Assembly (NCBI GenBank): GCA_963716585.1
Contig: CAVQTN010000002.1
Coordinates: forward strand, 28,480 to 92,479
From: an uncultured Chloroflexia bacterium
GTDB taxonomy: Bacteria > Chloroflexota > Limnocylindria > QHBO01
DNA: 64,000 nucleotides
Direction: 5' to 3'
Shown here: piece after piece, positions 41,424-52,378 of the stretch
How the letters are laid out: each line of letters opens with the position of its first letter
Position numbering within the stretch: position 1 is the stretch's first letter
Notes under the pieces: generated by a model
Databases searched by the model: none
Seen by the model: only the letters and a program-made list of their open reading frames with translations
What the model was told of the DNA's origin: nothing
Translations under genes and position numbers: made by a program

Positions 41424-42695
41424 ATGGCCCTCGAGACCAATCGGACGGCAATCCCGGACAACAGCTGGACCGCGGCTCAACAGGACGTCGACGACGCGGC
41501 CGCGCGCCTGCAGCTCGACGACGGCATGCGACGCGTGCTGCGCGTGCCGAAGCGCGAGCTGCAGGTCGACTTCCCGGTAACGATGGATAACGGCACGGTC
41601 CGGACGTTCACCGGCTTCCGCGTCCACCACAACATCAATCGCGGGCCGGCAACCGGTGGCGTGCGCTTCACCCGCGATCTGACCCTCGACCTCGTGCGTG
41701 CCCAGGCCATGCTCAACAGCTGGAAGGCGGCGCTCGTCCAGATTCCGTATGGCGGTGCGGCCGGCGGCGTTGTCGTCAACCCCCGGCGGCTGAGCCGCCA
41801 CGAGCGCGAGGGGCTCACCCGGCGCTACGCGACAGAAATCAGCCCGTTCATGGGACCGGAGCGTGACATCCCGACCCCGGACGTCAACACCGGGTCACAG
41901 ACCATGGCCTGGATCATGGACACCTACTCGATGCACGTCGGCCACACCGTCGCGGCGGTCGTCTCGGGCAAGCCGCTCGAGATCGGCGGCACGCGCGGAC
42001 GGCGCGAGGCGACCAGCCGCGGCGCGTTCCGCACCATTGCCGCCTGCGCCCGAACGATCGATCTGAGCCTCGACGGTGCGCGGGTCGCGATGCAGGGCTT
42101 CGGCCGGGTCGGCAGCATCCTGGCCGAGATGCTGTGCCAGGCCGGCTGCCGGGTGATCGCCATCGCCGACGATCGAGATGCGGTGACGCGGGCGTCGGGC
42201 ATCGACGTCGACCGGGCGACCGGCTGGATCCACGAGCACGACACGATCGGCGGCCTGCCGGACACCGAGCCGATGGATCGGGCCGAGATCTTCTCAGCCG
42301 ACTGCGAGATCCTCGTCTCGGCAGGGGTCCAGAACCAGGTCACTGCCGCGAACGCGGGCGCGGTCCGGGCGCGGATCGTGGCCGAGGCGTCGAACGCGCC
42401 CACGACGCCCGACGCACACGCCATCCTGCGCGAGTCGGGTATCCGGGTCATCCCCGACATCCTGTGCACGGCCGGCGGCATGGTGCTCGGCTACTTCGAG
42501 TGGGTCCAGGACATGCAGTCCTTTTTCTGGACCGATGCGGAGATCACCGATCAGCTCGACCGGATGATGGACGCCGCCTTCGCCGAGGTCGTGGCCACCA
42601 GCGAGGCGAAGAAGGTGGACCTGCGCAGCGCGGCGATGATGGTGGCGGTCGGTCGCGTGGCGGAGGCGACGCAGCTGCGCGGTCTCTACCCGTAG
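41424..42695 (+). CDS. glutamate dehydrogenase paralog lacking two of the three active-site lysines (probable non-catalytic or regulatory GDH-like subunit)
   Basis: 423 aa, collinear with gdhA (20282..21553). PAKGG becomes PATGG and GGGKGG becomes GGAAGG. The second Lys (WKAA) and the Asp box PTPDVNT are retained. Confidence 0.85.
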   Translation: MALETNRTAIPDNSWTAAQQDVDDAAARLQLDDGMRRVLRVPKRELQVDFPVTMDNGTVRTFTGFRVHHNINRGPATGGVRFTRDLTLDLVRAQAMLNSWKAALVQIPYGGAAGGVVVNPRRLSRHEREGLTRRYATEISPFMGPERDIPTPDVNTGSQTMAWIMDTYSMHVGHTVAAVVSGKPLEIGGTRGRREATSRGAFRTIAACARTIDLSLDGARVAMQGFGRVGSILAEMLCQAGCRVIAIADDRDAVTRASGIDVDRATGWIHEHDTIGGLPDTEPMDRAEIFSADCEILVSAGVQNQVTAANAGAVRARIVAEASNAPTTPDAHAILRESGIRVIPDILCTAGGMVLGYFEWVQDMQSFFWTDAEITDQLDRMMDAAFAEVVATSEAKKVDLRSAAMMVAVGRVAEATQLRGLYP

Positions 42696-42750
42696 GACAT
42701 CAGGGCGCATCCGCTTGCCGGGGCATCGGTCTTGCCCTCAAGATTGCGCC

Positions 42751-44497
<1,747 letters not shown>

Positions 44498-44736
44498 GCT
44501 CGAACGCGCCGAGATCCTCGCGGGGGAGCGGCGCGGTTCCCGGCTCGCCGTGGGGCGGTCCACCGAGAGTAAAACGCAGGGCACGCGCCCGCGCCGTCCC
44601 CCCACCGCCTCATCCTGCCTGAGAGATCATTACCAGCCGCTTACTGGCGGCTTATCGAGTGGCCGACCGGTTCCGTCGCGCGCAAGCGTCGGCGCGCTCC
44701 TCGGACCTGGCGGTGCCCGTATCCTCATCCGAGAAC

Positions 44737-45606
44737 ATGAAGCTGCATCTGGTCGACGCAACCTTCGAGCTGTTTCGCGCCTGGTTCTCGCGGCCCCCGG
44801 AGCGCGCCCCTGACGGCCGCCCGGTGAGCGCCGTGCACGGGCTGTTGGATTCGATGCTCGCGCTCCTGCGCGAGTCCGATGTGACCCACATCGGCGCCGC
44901 AACCGACCACGTCATCGAGTCCTGGCGCAACGACGTGTATCCGGGATACAAGTCCAGCGCAGGCATCGCGCCGGAGCTGCTCTCGCAGTTCGAGGACGCC
45001 GAGCGAGCCCTGCGCGCCATCGGCATCACCACCTGGGCGATGGTCGAGGACGAGGCCGATGACGCCATCGCGACGGCCGTCGCCCGCTTCAGCGGGGAGG
45101 TCGAGCAGACCGTCATCTGCTCGGTCGACAAGGACCTTGCGCAGTGCGTCGCGGACGGTCGCGTGGTGCTGCGCGATCGAATCCGCAACCGCACGTACGA
45201 TGAGGAGGGCGTCATTGAGAAATGGGGCGTCCCGCCCGCCAGCATTCCCGACTATCTCGCCCTGGTGGGCGACGCGTCCGACGGGTTTCCCGGACTTGCC
45301 GGCTGGGGTGCCAAGTCGGCCGCGGCCGTCCTGGCTCGCTGGGGCCACCTCGATGCAATCCCGCCAAGCGCGCTCGACTGGGAACTTCCCCTGCGGAGTG
45401 CCAGCCGCCTGGCCGCGACCCTGGCGGAGGGCCGGTCCGAGGCGCTGCTCTACCGGCGCCTGGCGACGCTCGGCACCGATTCGAAGATCGGCACCAACCG
45501 CCTGGCGGAGCTCGAGTGGCGCGGTGTGCCGCGCGACGAGTTCATCGGCCTGTGCGACGAGCTCGGCTTCAACCGGATTCGGGAACGGGTGCATCGCTGG
45601 GCCTGA
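44737..45606 (+). CDS. 5'-3' exonuclease / flap endonuclease (Pol I N-terminal-like)
   Basis: The start is MKLHLVDATFELFRA at 44737. PIN-like 5'-nuclease domain with acidic clusters (VDKDLAQCV, GDASDGFPGLAGWG) and an H3TH motif. Confidence 0.85.
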   Translation: MKLHLVDATFELFRAWFSRPPERAPDGRPVSAVHGLLDSMLALLRESDVTHIGAATDHVIESWRNDVYPGYKSSAGIAPELLSQFEDAERALRAIGITTWAMVEDEADDAIATAVARFSGEVEQTVICSVDKDLAQCVADGRVVLRDRIRNRTYDEEGVIEKWGVPPASIPDYLALVGDASDGFPGLAGWGAKSAAAVLARWGHLDAIPPSALDWELPLRSASRLAATLAEGRSEALLYRRLATLGTDSKIGTNRLAELEWRGVPRDEFIGLCDELGFNRIRERVHRWA

Positions 45607-45668
45607 CCGTGGCGCGGTACTTTCGTTGGAATGTGGCGCACTGAGCTGCGCTGGTACGGTGCGGGCCC

Positions 45669-46832
45669 ATGTCACGACTGCCACGAGCTGGCGCCGGCCT
45701 GCTGCTCGCCGCCTTCCTTGCCGCGCTGACTGCCGCTCCGGGCAGCCCGCCGCCGGCTGCGGCCGCCTCGTGCAGCAGCTGGAGCTCCGACACGCAGCCG
45801 CCGCCGACGATTCGCGTCTTCCGCAACGCCAGTGGCGCCGTCGACACGGTCGACTTCCGGGCGTACGTCAAGAACGTCCTGTCGCGCGAGTGGATCGGCT
45901 CCTGGACCACCGAATCTCTGCGCTCCGGCGCGTTGGCCGTCAAGAACTACGCGTGGTACCAGGTGCTGCACTGGCGCGGCTACGTGGCTGCCGCCGGCGG
46001 CCAGTGCTTCGACGTGTTCGATACGACGCGCGACCAGGTCTACGACCCCTCGCTGCCGACCTGGGCCGGCGCAGCCTCCGCGGTGGACGCGACCTGGGCG
46101 ACCCTCGCGCTGAAAGCCGGCAGGATCTTCCCGACCTACTACAACGCGGGCACGCCCCACGAAGCGTGTGGCGCCAATGCCAACGGCTGGAAGCTGTACC
46201 AGTGGGGCACGCAGGGCTGCGGCCTGGCCGGCAGGAGCGCCGCTCAGATCATGGCGATCTACTACACGGGCGTCGTGGTCAGCCAGGCACCACCCGCCGC
46301 GCCGCCGCCCACGACGCCCTCGCCTGCGCCGTCGCCCAGTCCTCCGCAGCCGGCAACCACGCCCAGGCCATCGCCGACCGCGAGCATCGGCCCGTCGCAG
46401 GATCCGGCCCCGACCGCCCAGCCCACGCCGACGCCGCCGTCCATGCCCACGCCCACTCCCAGCGTTGCGCCGACTCCACTCCCGGATCCCAGCCTGCCTG
46501 GCGGCGGGCAGTCGGGCGTGGTCGACGTCGCCACGCCGCCACCTGCCCCACCCCCGCAGCCCAGGCCGATCGTCGTCAGGGCCGGCGCCGCGGCGTCAGC
46601 GACGGCCGCAGCGCACCAGGCGCCGCGCGCCTCGACGCGGTGGCGACGCCTGGAGATCCCGCAGGGCGCCGACATGGCGCCGTCCGCGCCCCCGCCGTCG
46701 GACGGCGATCTGCGCCTCGCGAGCTTCCACGTCCTGTTCCCGCAGGTTCTGCGACGGCTCGCGGCCGGGTTCGTCGATGAGCTCTTCCCGACCGAGCCCG
46801 GCCTCCTTCTCGCATTGCTGCCATCGGGCTGA
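45669..46832 (+). CDS. secreted SpoIID/LytB-domain protein with Pro-rich C-terminal region
   Basis: Signal peptide MSRLPRAGAGLLLAAFLAALTAAPGS. Domain motifs YVKNVLSREWIGSWTTESLRSGALAVKNYAWYQ and QCFDVFDTTRDQVY (compare SpoIID ...AVAARTYA... C.TTHCQVY). Long PT/PS-rich linker. Confidence 0.6.
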   Translation: MSRLPRAGAGLLLAAFLAALTAAPGSPPPAAAASCSSWSSDTQPPPTIRVFRNASGAVDTVDFRAYVKNVLSREWIGSWTTESLRSGALAVKNYAWYQVLHWRGYVAAAGGQCFDVFDTTRDQVYDPSLPTWAGAASAVDATWATLALKAGRIFPTYYNAGTPHEACGANANGWKLYQWGTQGCGLAGRSAAQIMAIYYTGVVVSQAPPAAPPPTTPSPAPSPSPPQPATTPRPSPTASIGPSQDPAPTAQPTPTPPSMPTPTPSVAPTPLPDPSLPGGGQSGVVDVATPPPAPPPQPRPIVVRAGAAASATAAAHQAPRASTRWRRLEIPQGADMAPSAPPPSDGDLRLASFHVLFPQVLRRLAAGFVDELFPTEPGLLLALLPSG

Positions 46833-46908
46833 GCTGACCGCTCGCGGCGCGGTCACGGCGTTCCGGGCACGGGCCTTGCGAAGGAGCGCACCAAGAGGAG
46901 GATTCCAC

Positions 46909-47268
46909 ATGATCGAACGCGTCCGCGATGACATCTCGGACAAGGCCGGCGCGGTCGGCAACGAGCTCAGCGCACTCGGCTGGCTGATTCGCACCGCGGT
47001 CCTCGCCGCTGTGGGCGGCGCCATCTACCAGGAGATGCGCAAGCCGCCGAACGAGCGGACGTGGCACGGCCGGCTGCTCGGTTTCGTGCCGTATGACTTC
47101 CGGCTCCCGGACCTGCAGCGACTCCGGGACAGCTACTGGAACACGGGCAGCACCCGGCTGTTCAGCGACATGCCGGTCGGTGTCGGCTGGGGGGTCAACA
47201 TCCCGGCGCTGCTCGGGCGGCTGGGTCTGATGAGCAAGCGAAAGCGGCGAACGTCGAAGCAGGCCTGA
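46909..47268 (+). CDS. hypothetical small protein (119 aa) with one TM segment
   Basis: AAGAGGAGGA RBS 8 nt upstream of ATG 46909. Hydrophobic stretch ALGWLIRTAVLAAVGGAIY. Basic C-terminus. Confidence 0.5.
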   Translation: MIERVRDDISDKAGAVGNELSALGWLIRTAVLAAVGGAIYQEMRKPPNERTWHGRLLGFVPYDFRLPDLQRLRDSYWNTGSTRLFSDMPVGVGWGVNIPALLGRLGLMSKRKRRTSKQA

Positions 47269-47314
47269 CCCATCGGGGCGGTCCGACGATGGTTGCGCTA
47301 GCATCCGGCCCGAG

Positions 47315-47773
47315 ATGCCCGCCTGGTTCCCTGTCCTGCTGATCGTGCATATCGGCCTCGCCGTGGCACTGCTTGCGCCCAGCCTGATCATGCCCTTCGT
47401 GCTACGTCGTCGGCCGGCCGGTCAGCAGGCGGACGCTCCGACGCGGCTGCTGGCCGGCATGCAGGGCAACGGCACGCTGCTCATCGGGCTGGGCCTGGCC
47501 GTCACCGGGGTCGGCCTGCTGCTGACGCTGGGCACGGGGCTGCTGAGCCAGCCATGGATGCTCGTGGCGCTCGGCATCTACGCCGCGAACCTGCTGGTGG
47601 CGGCCTTCGTCTCCCGACCGAACCTGCGACGCCTTGTGGGCCTGGCGCAGGCCGACACTGATGACGCTGCCTGGACCCGGCGCGCCAAGCGACAGCGCTA
47701 CGTGGCCTACGCCATGGCTGCGGCGACCGGCGCCATCGGCTTTCTGATGAGCACCAAGCCGGCGCTCTGGTAG
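47315..47773 (+). CDS. membrane protein (four TM helices; DUF2269-like)
   Basis: 152 aa, four predicted TM segments, coding-like composition. Confidence 0.55.
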   Translation: MPAWFPVLLIVHIGLAVALLAPSLIMPFVLRRRPAGQQADAPTRLLAGMQGNGTLLIGLGLAVTGVGLLLTLGTGLLSQPWMLVALGIYAANLLVAAFVSRPNLRRLVGLAQADTDDAAWTRRAKRQRYVAYAMAAATGAIGFLMSTKPALW

Positions 47774-47775
47774 GG

Positions 47776-47880
47776 CTAGAAGTTGGGGATCGGCAGCGGT
47801 CGGCCCATCAGCCAGAACAGGCCCGCGACCATCAGCAAGATGGCGATGACGAAGAACGCCAGCCAGCGCAGGACTTCCAT
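47776..47880 (-). CDS. possible 34-aa single-TM micro-protein
   Basis: MEVLRWLAFFVIAILLMVAGLFWLMGRPLPIPNF; GGGAG about 13 nt upstream. Only a weak ab initio call. Confidence 0.25.
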   Translation of the reverse strand: MEVLRWLAFFVIAILLMVAGLFWLMGRPLPIPNF

Positions 47881-47997
47881 TGCTCGGATGAGGCTCCCTA
47901 GGCAGCGATCGGCACGACTCCCGGGCGTGCGGAGGGGATTGTACGCCGGGCAGTCCAGTTCTCCGGCGCTGGGGCGGCCCGCTCTAGAATCCGTAGC

Positions 47998-49275
47998 GTG
48001 ACCCTGCGCCTGCACGACGCTCGCCGCGGCGAAGTCGTCCCCTTCGAACCTATCGATGGCGAGCCAATCGGCCTGTACGTGTGCGGCGTGACGCCCTACG
48101 ACACCGGCCACCTGGGTCATGCGTTCACCTACGTCAGCTTCGACGTTCTGCATCGGTACCTCGAGTACCTCGGCCATGACGTTCAATACGTGCAGAACCT
48201 GACCGACGTCGACGACGACCTGCTGCGCAAGGCACGCGAGCTCGGCGAGGACTACATCGAGCTCGGCAACCGCCACGTCACGACCTTTCTGACCGAGATG
48301 GCGGCGCTCAACTGGCTGCCGCCGGATCGCCTCACGCGTGCCACCGAGCACATCCCCGAGATGCTGGCGCTGATCGGGCTGCTGCTCGACCGTGGCCATG
48401 CCTACCTCGCCGAGGGGCACGCCTACTTCAGCGTCAACAGCGACCCGCATTACGGCGAGCTGTCCAAGCTGACAGCGGTGGAGATGCTGCCCATCGCCAA
48501 CGAGCGCGGGAACGTGCCGGACATGCCCGGCAAGCGCGACCCGCTCGACTTCGTGCTGTGGCAGCCATCGGCAGCCGACGAGCCGTCGTGGCCGTCCCCC
48601 TGGGGAGCGGGACGTCCCGGCTGGCATATCGAGTGTTCGGCCATGAGCATGACCTACCTCGGCGAGCGCTTCGAGATCCATGGCGGTGGCCTTGATCTGA
48701 TCTTCCCGCATCACGAGTCGGAGATCGCGCAGAGCGAGGGCGCCACTGGCCAGCGCCCCTTCGTCAGCTACTGGATGCACACCGGCATGCTCAGCCACGA
48801 GGGCGACAAGATGAGCAAGTCACTGGGCAACCTCGTGCTCGTGCGCGATCTGCTGGCTTCCTATCCGGGCGACGCGATCCGGCACTACCTCATCTCGCGC
48901 CATTACCGTGCCGAGGTGCACTACGACCACGCCGCCCTCGAGGCGTCGGTGCTGCAGGCCGGTCGCCTTCGCTTCGCCTGCCGCGTGGCCGAAGATCTCG
49001 AGCCACTCGCGCCGGCGCTGGCCATCCCCGCGGAGTTGCATCCGATCGTCGCCGAACACCGCACCCGCTTCCTGGCGGCCATGGACGACGACCTCGACAC
49101 GCCGGCCGCGCTCGTCGAGCTGCACGCGCTCGCCGGCCTCTGCCAGCGCACCGAGGAACGCGACGTGATCACCCAGGCGGGCTGGATGGTGCGCGAGCTC
49201 GGCGCTCGCATCCTTGGACTGCGGCTGGCGACACCGGCTGCGCGGCTGAAGGCGGACGAGGCGGTCCCGGCGTGA
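47998..49275 (+). CDS. cysteine ligase of the CysRS family; short form with MshC-like features (Cys-tRNA synthetase or mycothiol ligase)
   Basis: 425 aa. HIGH (TGHLGHAFTY), zinc-ligand Cys, KMSKS (GDKMSKSLGN), and the PSWPSPWGAGRPGWHIECSAM block. The C-terminus is about 140 aa after KMSKS, shorter than canonical CysRS and similar in length to MshC. GTG start at 47998 is 7 nt after a TAGAAT hexamer. Confidence 0.75.
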   Translation: MTLRLHDARRGEVVPFEPIDGEPIGLYVCGVTPYDTGHLGHAFTYVSFDVLHRYLEYLGHDVQYVQNLTDVDDDLLRKARELGEDYIELGNRHVTTFLTEMAALNWLPPDRLTRATEHIPEMLALIGLLLDRGHAYLAEGHAYFSVNSDPHYGELSKLTAVEMLPIANERGNVPDMPGKRDPLDFVLWQPSAADEPSWPSPWGAGRPGWHIECSAMSMTYLGERFEIHGGGLDLIFPHHESEIAQSEGATGQRPFVSYWMHTGMLSHEGDKMSKSLGNLVLVRDLLASYPGDAIRHYLISRHYRAEVHYDHAALEASVLQAGRLRFACRVAEDLEPLAPALAIPAELHPIVAEHRTRFLAAMDDDLDTPAALVELHALAGLCQRTEERDVITQAGWMVRELGARILGLRLATPAARLKADEAVPA

Positions 49276-49823
49276 CGCGCGAGGCGGCGCCCTTGCCCGA
49301 GAAGGACGAAAGCGTCCCGATCAGCGTCAGGCTGGGGGCCGTCGTTCCACCCGAGGACCCCGAGGACTGGACGCGGCCGCTGACCTGGGTAGCGGCACTT
49401 GGCATGCTTGCGCCGCCGATCGTTGCGCTGCTCTGGTTCTGGATCGCTCCGCCACGCACCGGCGCCGGGCAGCTTCCCGCCACGACGCTGCTCGCCGCGG
49501 CGGTCGCCCTCGGCGGCGTGGTCACCGGGGCCACCCAGATCGGCGCGGTGCGCGCCTTCGCGGGGACGCTCGGCGCCGCCCTGTTCGGTGCGCTGGCCAC
49601 GGTCATCGTGGGTGCTGCGATGGCCGGGGAGCGCCAGGTCGGGGCCGCTTCGCCGAGCCTGGCCGTCGCGTTCGGCGGGGCGGCGGCTGGGCTGGCGGGA
49701 GCCCTGGCGGCCTCGACCATCGCACCGTCGCTCGCACCGGCCGCGTCGCGCCTGCGACGTGGACTGGCACCGGCCGGCATCGGGCTGATCGTCGCCGTCG
49801 TCGTCGCGCGCCTGCTAGCGTAG
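49272..49823 (+). CDS. hypothetical polytopic membrane protein
   Basis: 183 aa. GTG start overlaps the upstream stop (GTGA). Four or five hydrophobic helices rich in Ala/Gly. Confidence 0.5.
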   Translation: MTREAAPLPEKDESVPISVRLGAVVPPEDPEDWTRPLTWVAALGMLAPPIVALLWFWIAPPRTGAGQLPATTLLAAAVALGGVVTGATQIGAVRAFAGTLGAALFGALATVIVGAAMAGERQVGAASPSLAVAFGGAAAGLAGALAASTIAPSLAPAASRLRRGLAPAGIGLIVAVVVARLLA

Positions 49824-49828
49824 CGCCT

Positions 49829-51046
49829 ATGCAATCGACCGCCGCGAGCCGTCCGTTGCGAGCCTCGACCGGCCTCGCGGCGATCGGCCGGCTGCGCGGC
49901 TGGGCGCTCGTGCCGATCCTGCTGCCGGTGCTGGCCGGGGTCGTGTATTTCTTCACCGGCCCGATGGCCTCCGGCAGCGACGTCTACGTCCCTCTCGCGG
50001 ACGCCCTGCTCCACGGACGCTTCACGATCGAGGATCGCTCCTGGTTGGAGCTGGTTCCCAGCGCATCCGGCTCGCTCGTCCCCTTCCCGCCGGCCCCGGC
50101 CCTGCTGCTCATGCCGATCGTCGCGGTCATGGGTGCGCAGCCCTGGTACGCGGAGCTGCCGTCGAACGTGATGACCTCGATCATCGGCGGGGCGAATGTC
50201 GCCCTCGCCTGGTCGATGCTGTCGGCGTGGGGCGTATCGTTCAAGACGAGGCTGTGGCTGGTGGTCGCCTTCGCCTTCACCATCCACTGGTGGGTGGCGG
50301 GTTCCGCCGGCACTCACCTGTACGCGCAGGTGTGCGGCGTCTTCTTCACGCTCATTGCCCTCAACCTGGCGATTCGCCGGAAATGGCCGTGGGTCGCCGG
50401 CCTGATGATCGGTCTGGCCGCAGCCAGCCGGCTGCCGATGGGCCTCGCGCTGCCGCTGCTCCTCGGCTTCTACGGCTACCGGCCGCGCTGGGCGCATGCC
50501 GAGCTGCTGCTCGGGCTGGCAATCCCCGCCATGCTGGTGGCGGCCTACAACATCGCGCGCTTCGGCTCACCCACCGACTTCGGCTATGCGCGCATCGTCT
50601 CGAGCAATGGACTGGTGACGGACGAGCCCTGGTTCCGCGACGGGATCGTCTCGCTCAGCTACATTCCGCGCAACCTGTACGCCATCTTCTTCCAGAGCTT
50701 CGACTGGGTCGACCAGGTTCCCTTCCTGCGGCCCTCGTGGACCGGCGCCGCGATCACCTTCACCGCGCCGTTCCTGTTCTGGGTCGTCGCCGCGCGCGGT
50801 CGCGTGGCGATCGGTGTGGCCGCGGCCGTGGTGCTCGTTCTGCTGCCTGACGTCATGCACGGCTCATGGGGCTTCGCGCAGTTCGGCTATCGGTTCATGC
50901 TCGACGCCATGCCGCTGCTGCTGCTGCTGCTGGGCCTGGTGTGGCGTGATCGCATCTCACTGCCCGCACGCGCCGCGATCGTCTTCTCGGTGGCGATGCA
51001 TGCCTACGCCTTCTTCGTCATCAACGTTCTGAACTTCGTCGCGTAG
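49829..51046 (+). CDS. integral membrane glycosyltransferase-like protein (GT-C fold; DUF2029/PMT-like)
   Basis: 405 aa, about 10 TM helices, periplasmic loops with conserved Asp/Glu near the N-terminus (DVYVPLADALLHG). Architecture is like polyprenyl-phosphate-sugar-dependent glycosyltransferases. Confidence 0.45.
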   Translation: MQSTAASRPLRASTGLAAIGRLRGWALVPILLPVLAGVVYFFTGPMASGSDVYVPLADALLHGRFTIEDRSWLELVPSASGSLVPFPPAPALLLMPIVAVMGAQPWYAELPSNVMTSIIGGANVALAWSMLSAWGVSFKTRLWLVVAFAFTIHWWVAGSAGTHLYAQVCGVFFTLIALNLAIRRKWPWVAGLMIGLAAASRLPMGLALPLLLGFYGYRPRWAHAELLLGLAIPAMLVAAYNIARFGSPTDFGYARIVSSNGLVTDEPWFRDGIVSLSYIPRNLYAIFFQSFDWVDQVPFLRPSWTGAAITFTAPFLFWVVAARGRVAIGVAAAVVLVLLPDVMHGSWGFAQFGYRFMLDAMPLLLLLLGLVWRDRISLPARAAIVFSVAMHAYAFFVINVLNFVA

Positions 51047-51057
51047 CCGCCCATCGC

Positions 51058-51606
51058 TCAGGCGGCGGGCGACTTTCGGCTCAGGCGCTTGGCCAGCCCA
51101 CCGACGGTCAATGCCAGGCCGAGGGCGATGATGCCCACCGCGCCGACCACCCGGAACGCCTCGCCGCCGAAGGCGGTGGCGAAGGCAAGGTAGGCGACCA
51201 CCGCGCCGGCGGCGATCCCCGAGCCGATCCACTTGAAGGCCGGGGCGTCCGCGATCCATCCGGCGGCGTACATGCCGAAGCCCAGGCTGAACGGGATGCT
51301 GGTCCACAGGTAGCTCCACGACATCCATCGGTCGGCGAGGCTGGTGTACAGCAGCACGGCGCCGACGCCGGCGAAGATCACACCCGGAATGACCATCCCC
51401 GCGCGAAGCCTACGGTGCTGGCCACCGATGAGCGCCGGGACGAGGAAGAATAGTGACAGTCCGATGACGAGCGCCGGCCACCAGGCGAGCACGTCGTCAC
51501 GGATGCCGAGCCCGCCGAACCATCGGCTGAGCGGGTCGCTGGCCAGCACCAGCACGCCGATAACGAGCAGCATCAGCCCGATCAGCAGCTCGATGGTGCG
51601 GCTCAT
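51058..51606 (-). CDS. hypothetical polytopic membrane protein
   Basis: Probable start MSRTIELLIGLMLLVIG. Five or six TM helices. The six-frame ORF extends to 51666. Confidence 0.5.
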   Translation of the reverse strand: MSRTIELLIGLMLLVIGVLVLASDPLSRWFGGLGIRDDVLAWWPALVIGLSLFFLVPALIGGQHRRLRAGMVIPGVIFAGVGAVLLYTSLADRWMSWSYLWTSIPFSLGFGMYAAGWIADAPAFKWIGSGIAAGAVVAYLAFATAFGGEAFRVVGAVGIIALGLALTVGGLAKRLSRKSPAA

Positions 51607-51688
51607 GCGGGCGAGTATACCGATGAGCCCGCTGCGGTCCGAAGGAGCGGTTTCGGCCGCAGGCAAATGGCTGGGCCGGCCGGCCGAG

Positions 51689-52336
51689 CTACGGCGAGGA
51701 CCGAATGGTCAACCCCACGGCGAACGTGGTCGGGCCCGTATCGCTGAATGCGCTCCTCGACTGGTCGAGGACGACATAGTCGCCGGCCGCGAGGCTGCCC
51801 AGGTCGAAGTAATCCACTGAGCCGTTGAGGCTGACGCCCAGCAGCCGATCGTAGCTACCCGCAACCGTGCCATCGACGTTCCCGACGAAGACGTCGTCCA
51901 GGTCGCCCATGAGGTAGGTGCGCGCCCCGGCCGGCAGGCTGACGACCGGCACGTCGGGCCAATGGCTGGCCGCCGGGTCGAAGGCGTGGGTGCCCTCGAG
52001 CCGAGCGTGGGGGGCCGGCCGGCAGCTCAGCGACGCGCCGTCCTCGCAGACCACCCACGAGCCCAGGCGCAGGTTGGCGTAGTAGGCCTGCTGCAGCACG
52101 TCGGCCACGTGCGGTTGCTGGATCAGGCCGCCGTCACCTCGCACCGACGGAGGTTCGGCGCTGGCATTCGCCGCCGAGCTTGGCCCGATGATCACGGTCC
52201 GCACCCGATCTGGCGCCGATCCCAGCTGGAAGCCGATCAGGAACGCGATGAGCAGTCCGGCGGATGCCCCGATGCCAAGCAGCAGCGGAGTCCCCGGACC
52301 CGACAGCGTCGGCCGTCCACTGCTCGATTCGATCAC
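51689..52336 (-). CDS. hypothetical membrane-anchored extracytoplasmic protein
   Basis: 215 aa. N-terminal TM LLLGIGASAGLLIAFLIGF, then a beta-rich domain with two Cys. Confidence 0.5.
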   Translation of the reverse strand: MIESSSGRPTLSGPGTPLLLGIGASAGLLIAFLIGFQLGSAPDRVRTVIIGPSSAANASAEPPSVRGDGGLIQQPHVADVLQQAYYANLRLGSWVVCEDGASLSCRPAPHARLEGTHAFDPAASHWPDVPVVSLPAGARTYLMGDLDDVFVGNVDGTVAGSYDRLLGVSLNGSVDYFDLGSLAAGDYVVLDQSRSAFSDTGPTTFAVGLTIRSSP

Positions 52337-52378
52337 GACGACACTCTATGCCGGCCGGGCCCGCGAGACCGACGGCCG

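Noticed and set aside
44498-44736. The 239-nt gap between the mutase large subunit and the exonuclease gene as a possible small RNA or riboswitch.
   Set aside because: It contains only a short weak hairpin (AGCCGC-UUACUG-GCGGCU) with no U tract and no recognisable riboswitch consensus. It is probably a promoter/UTR region.
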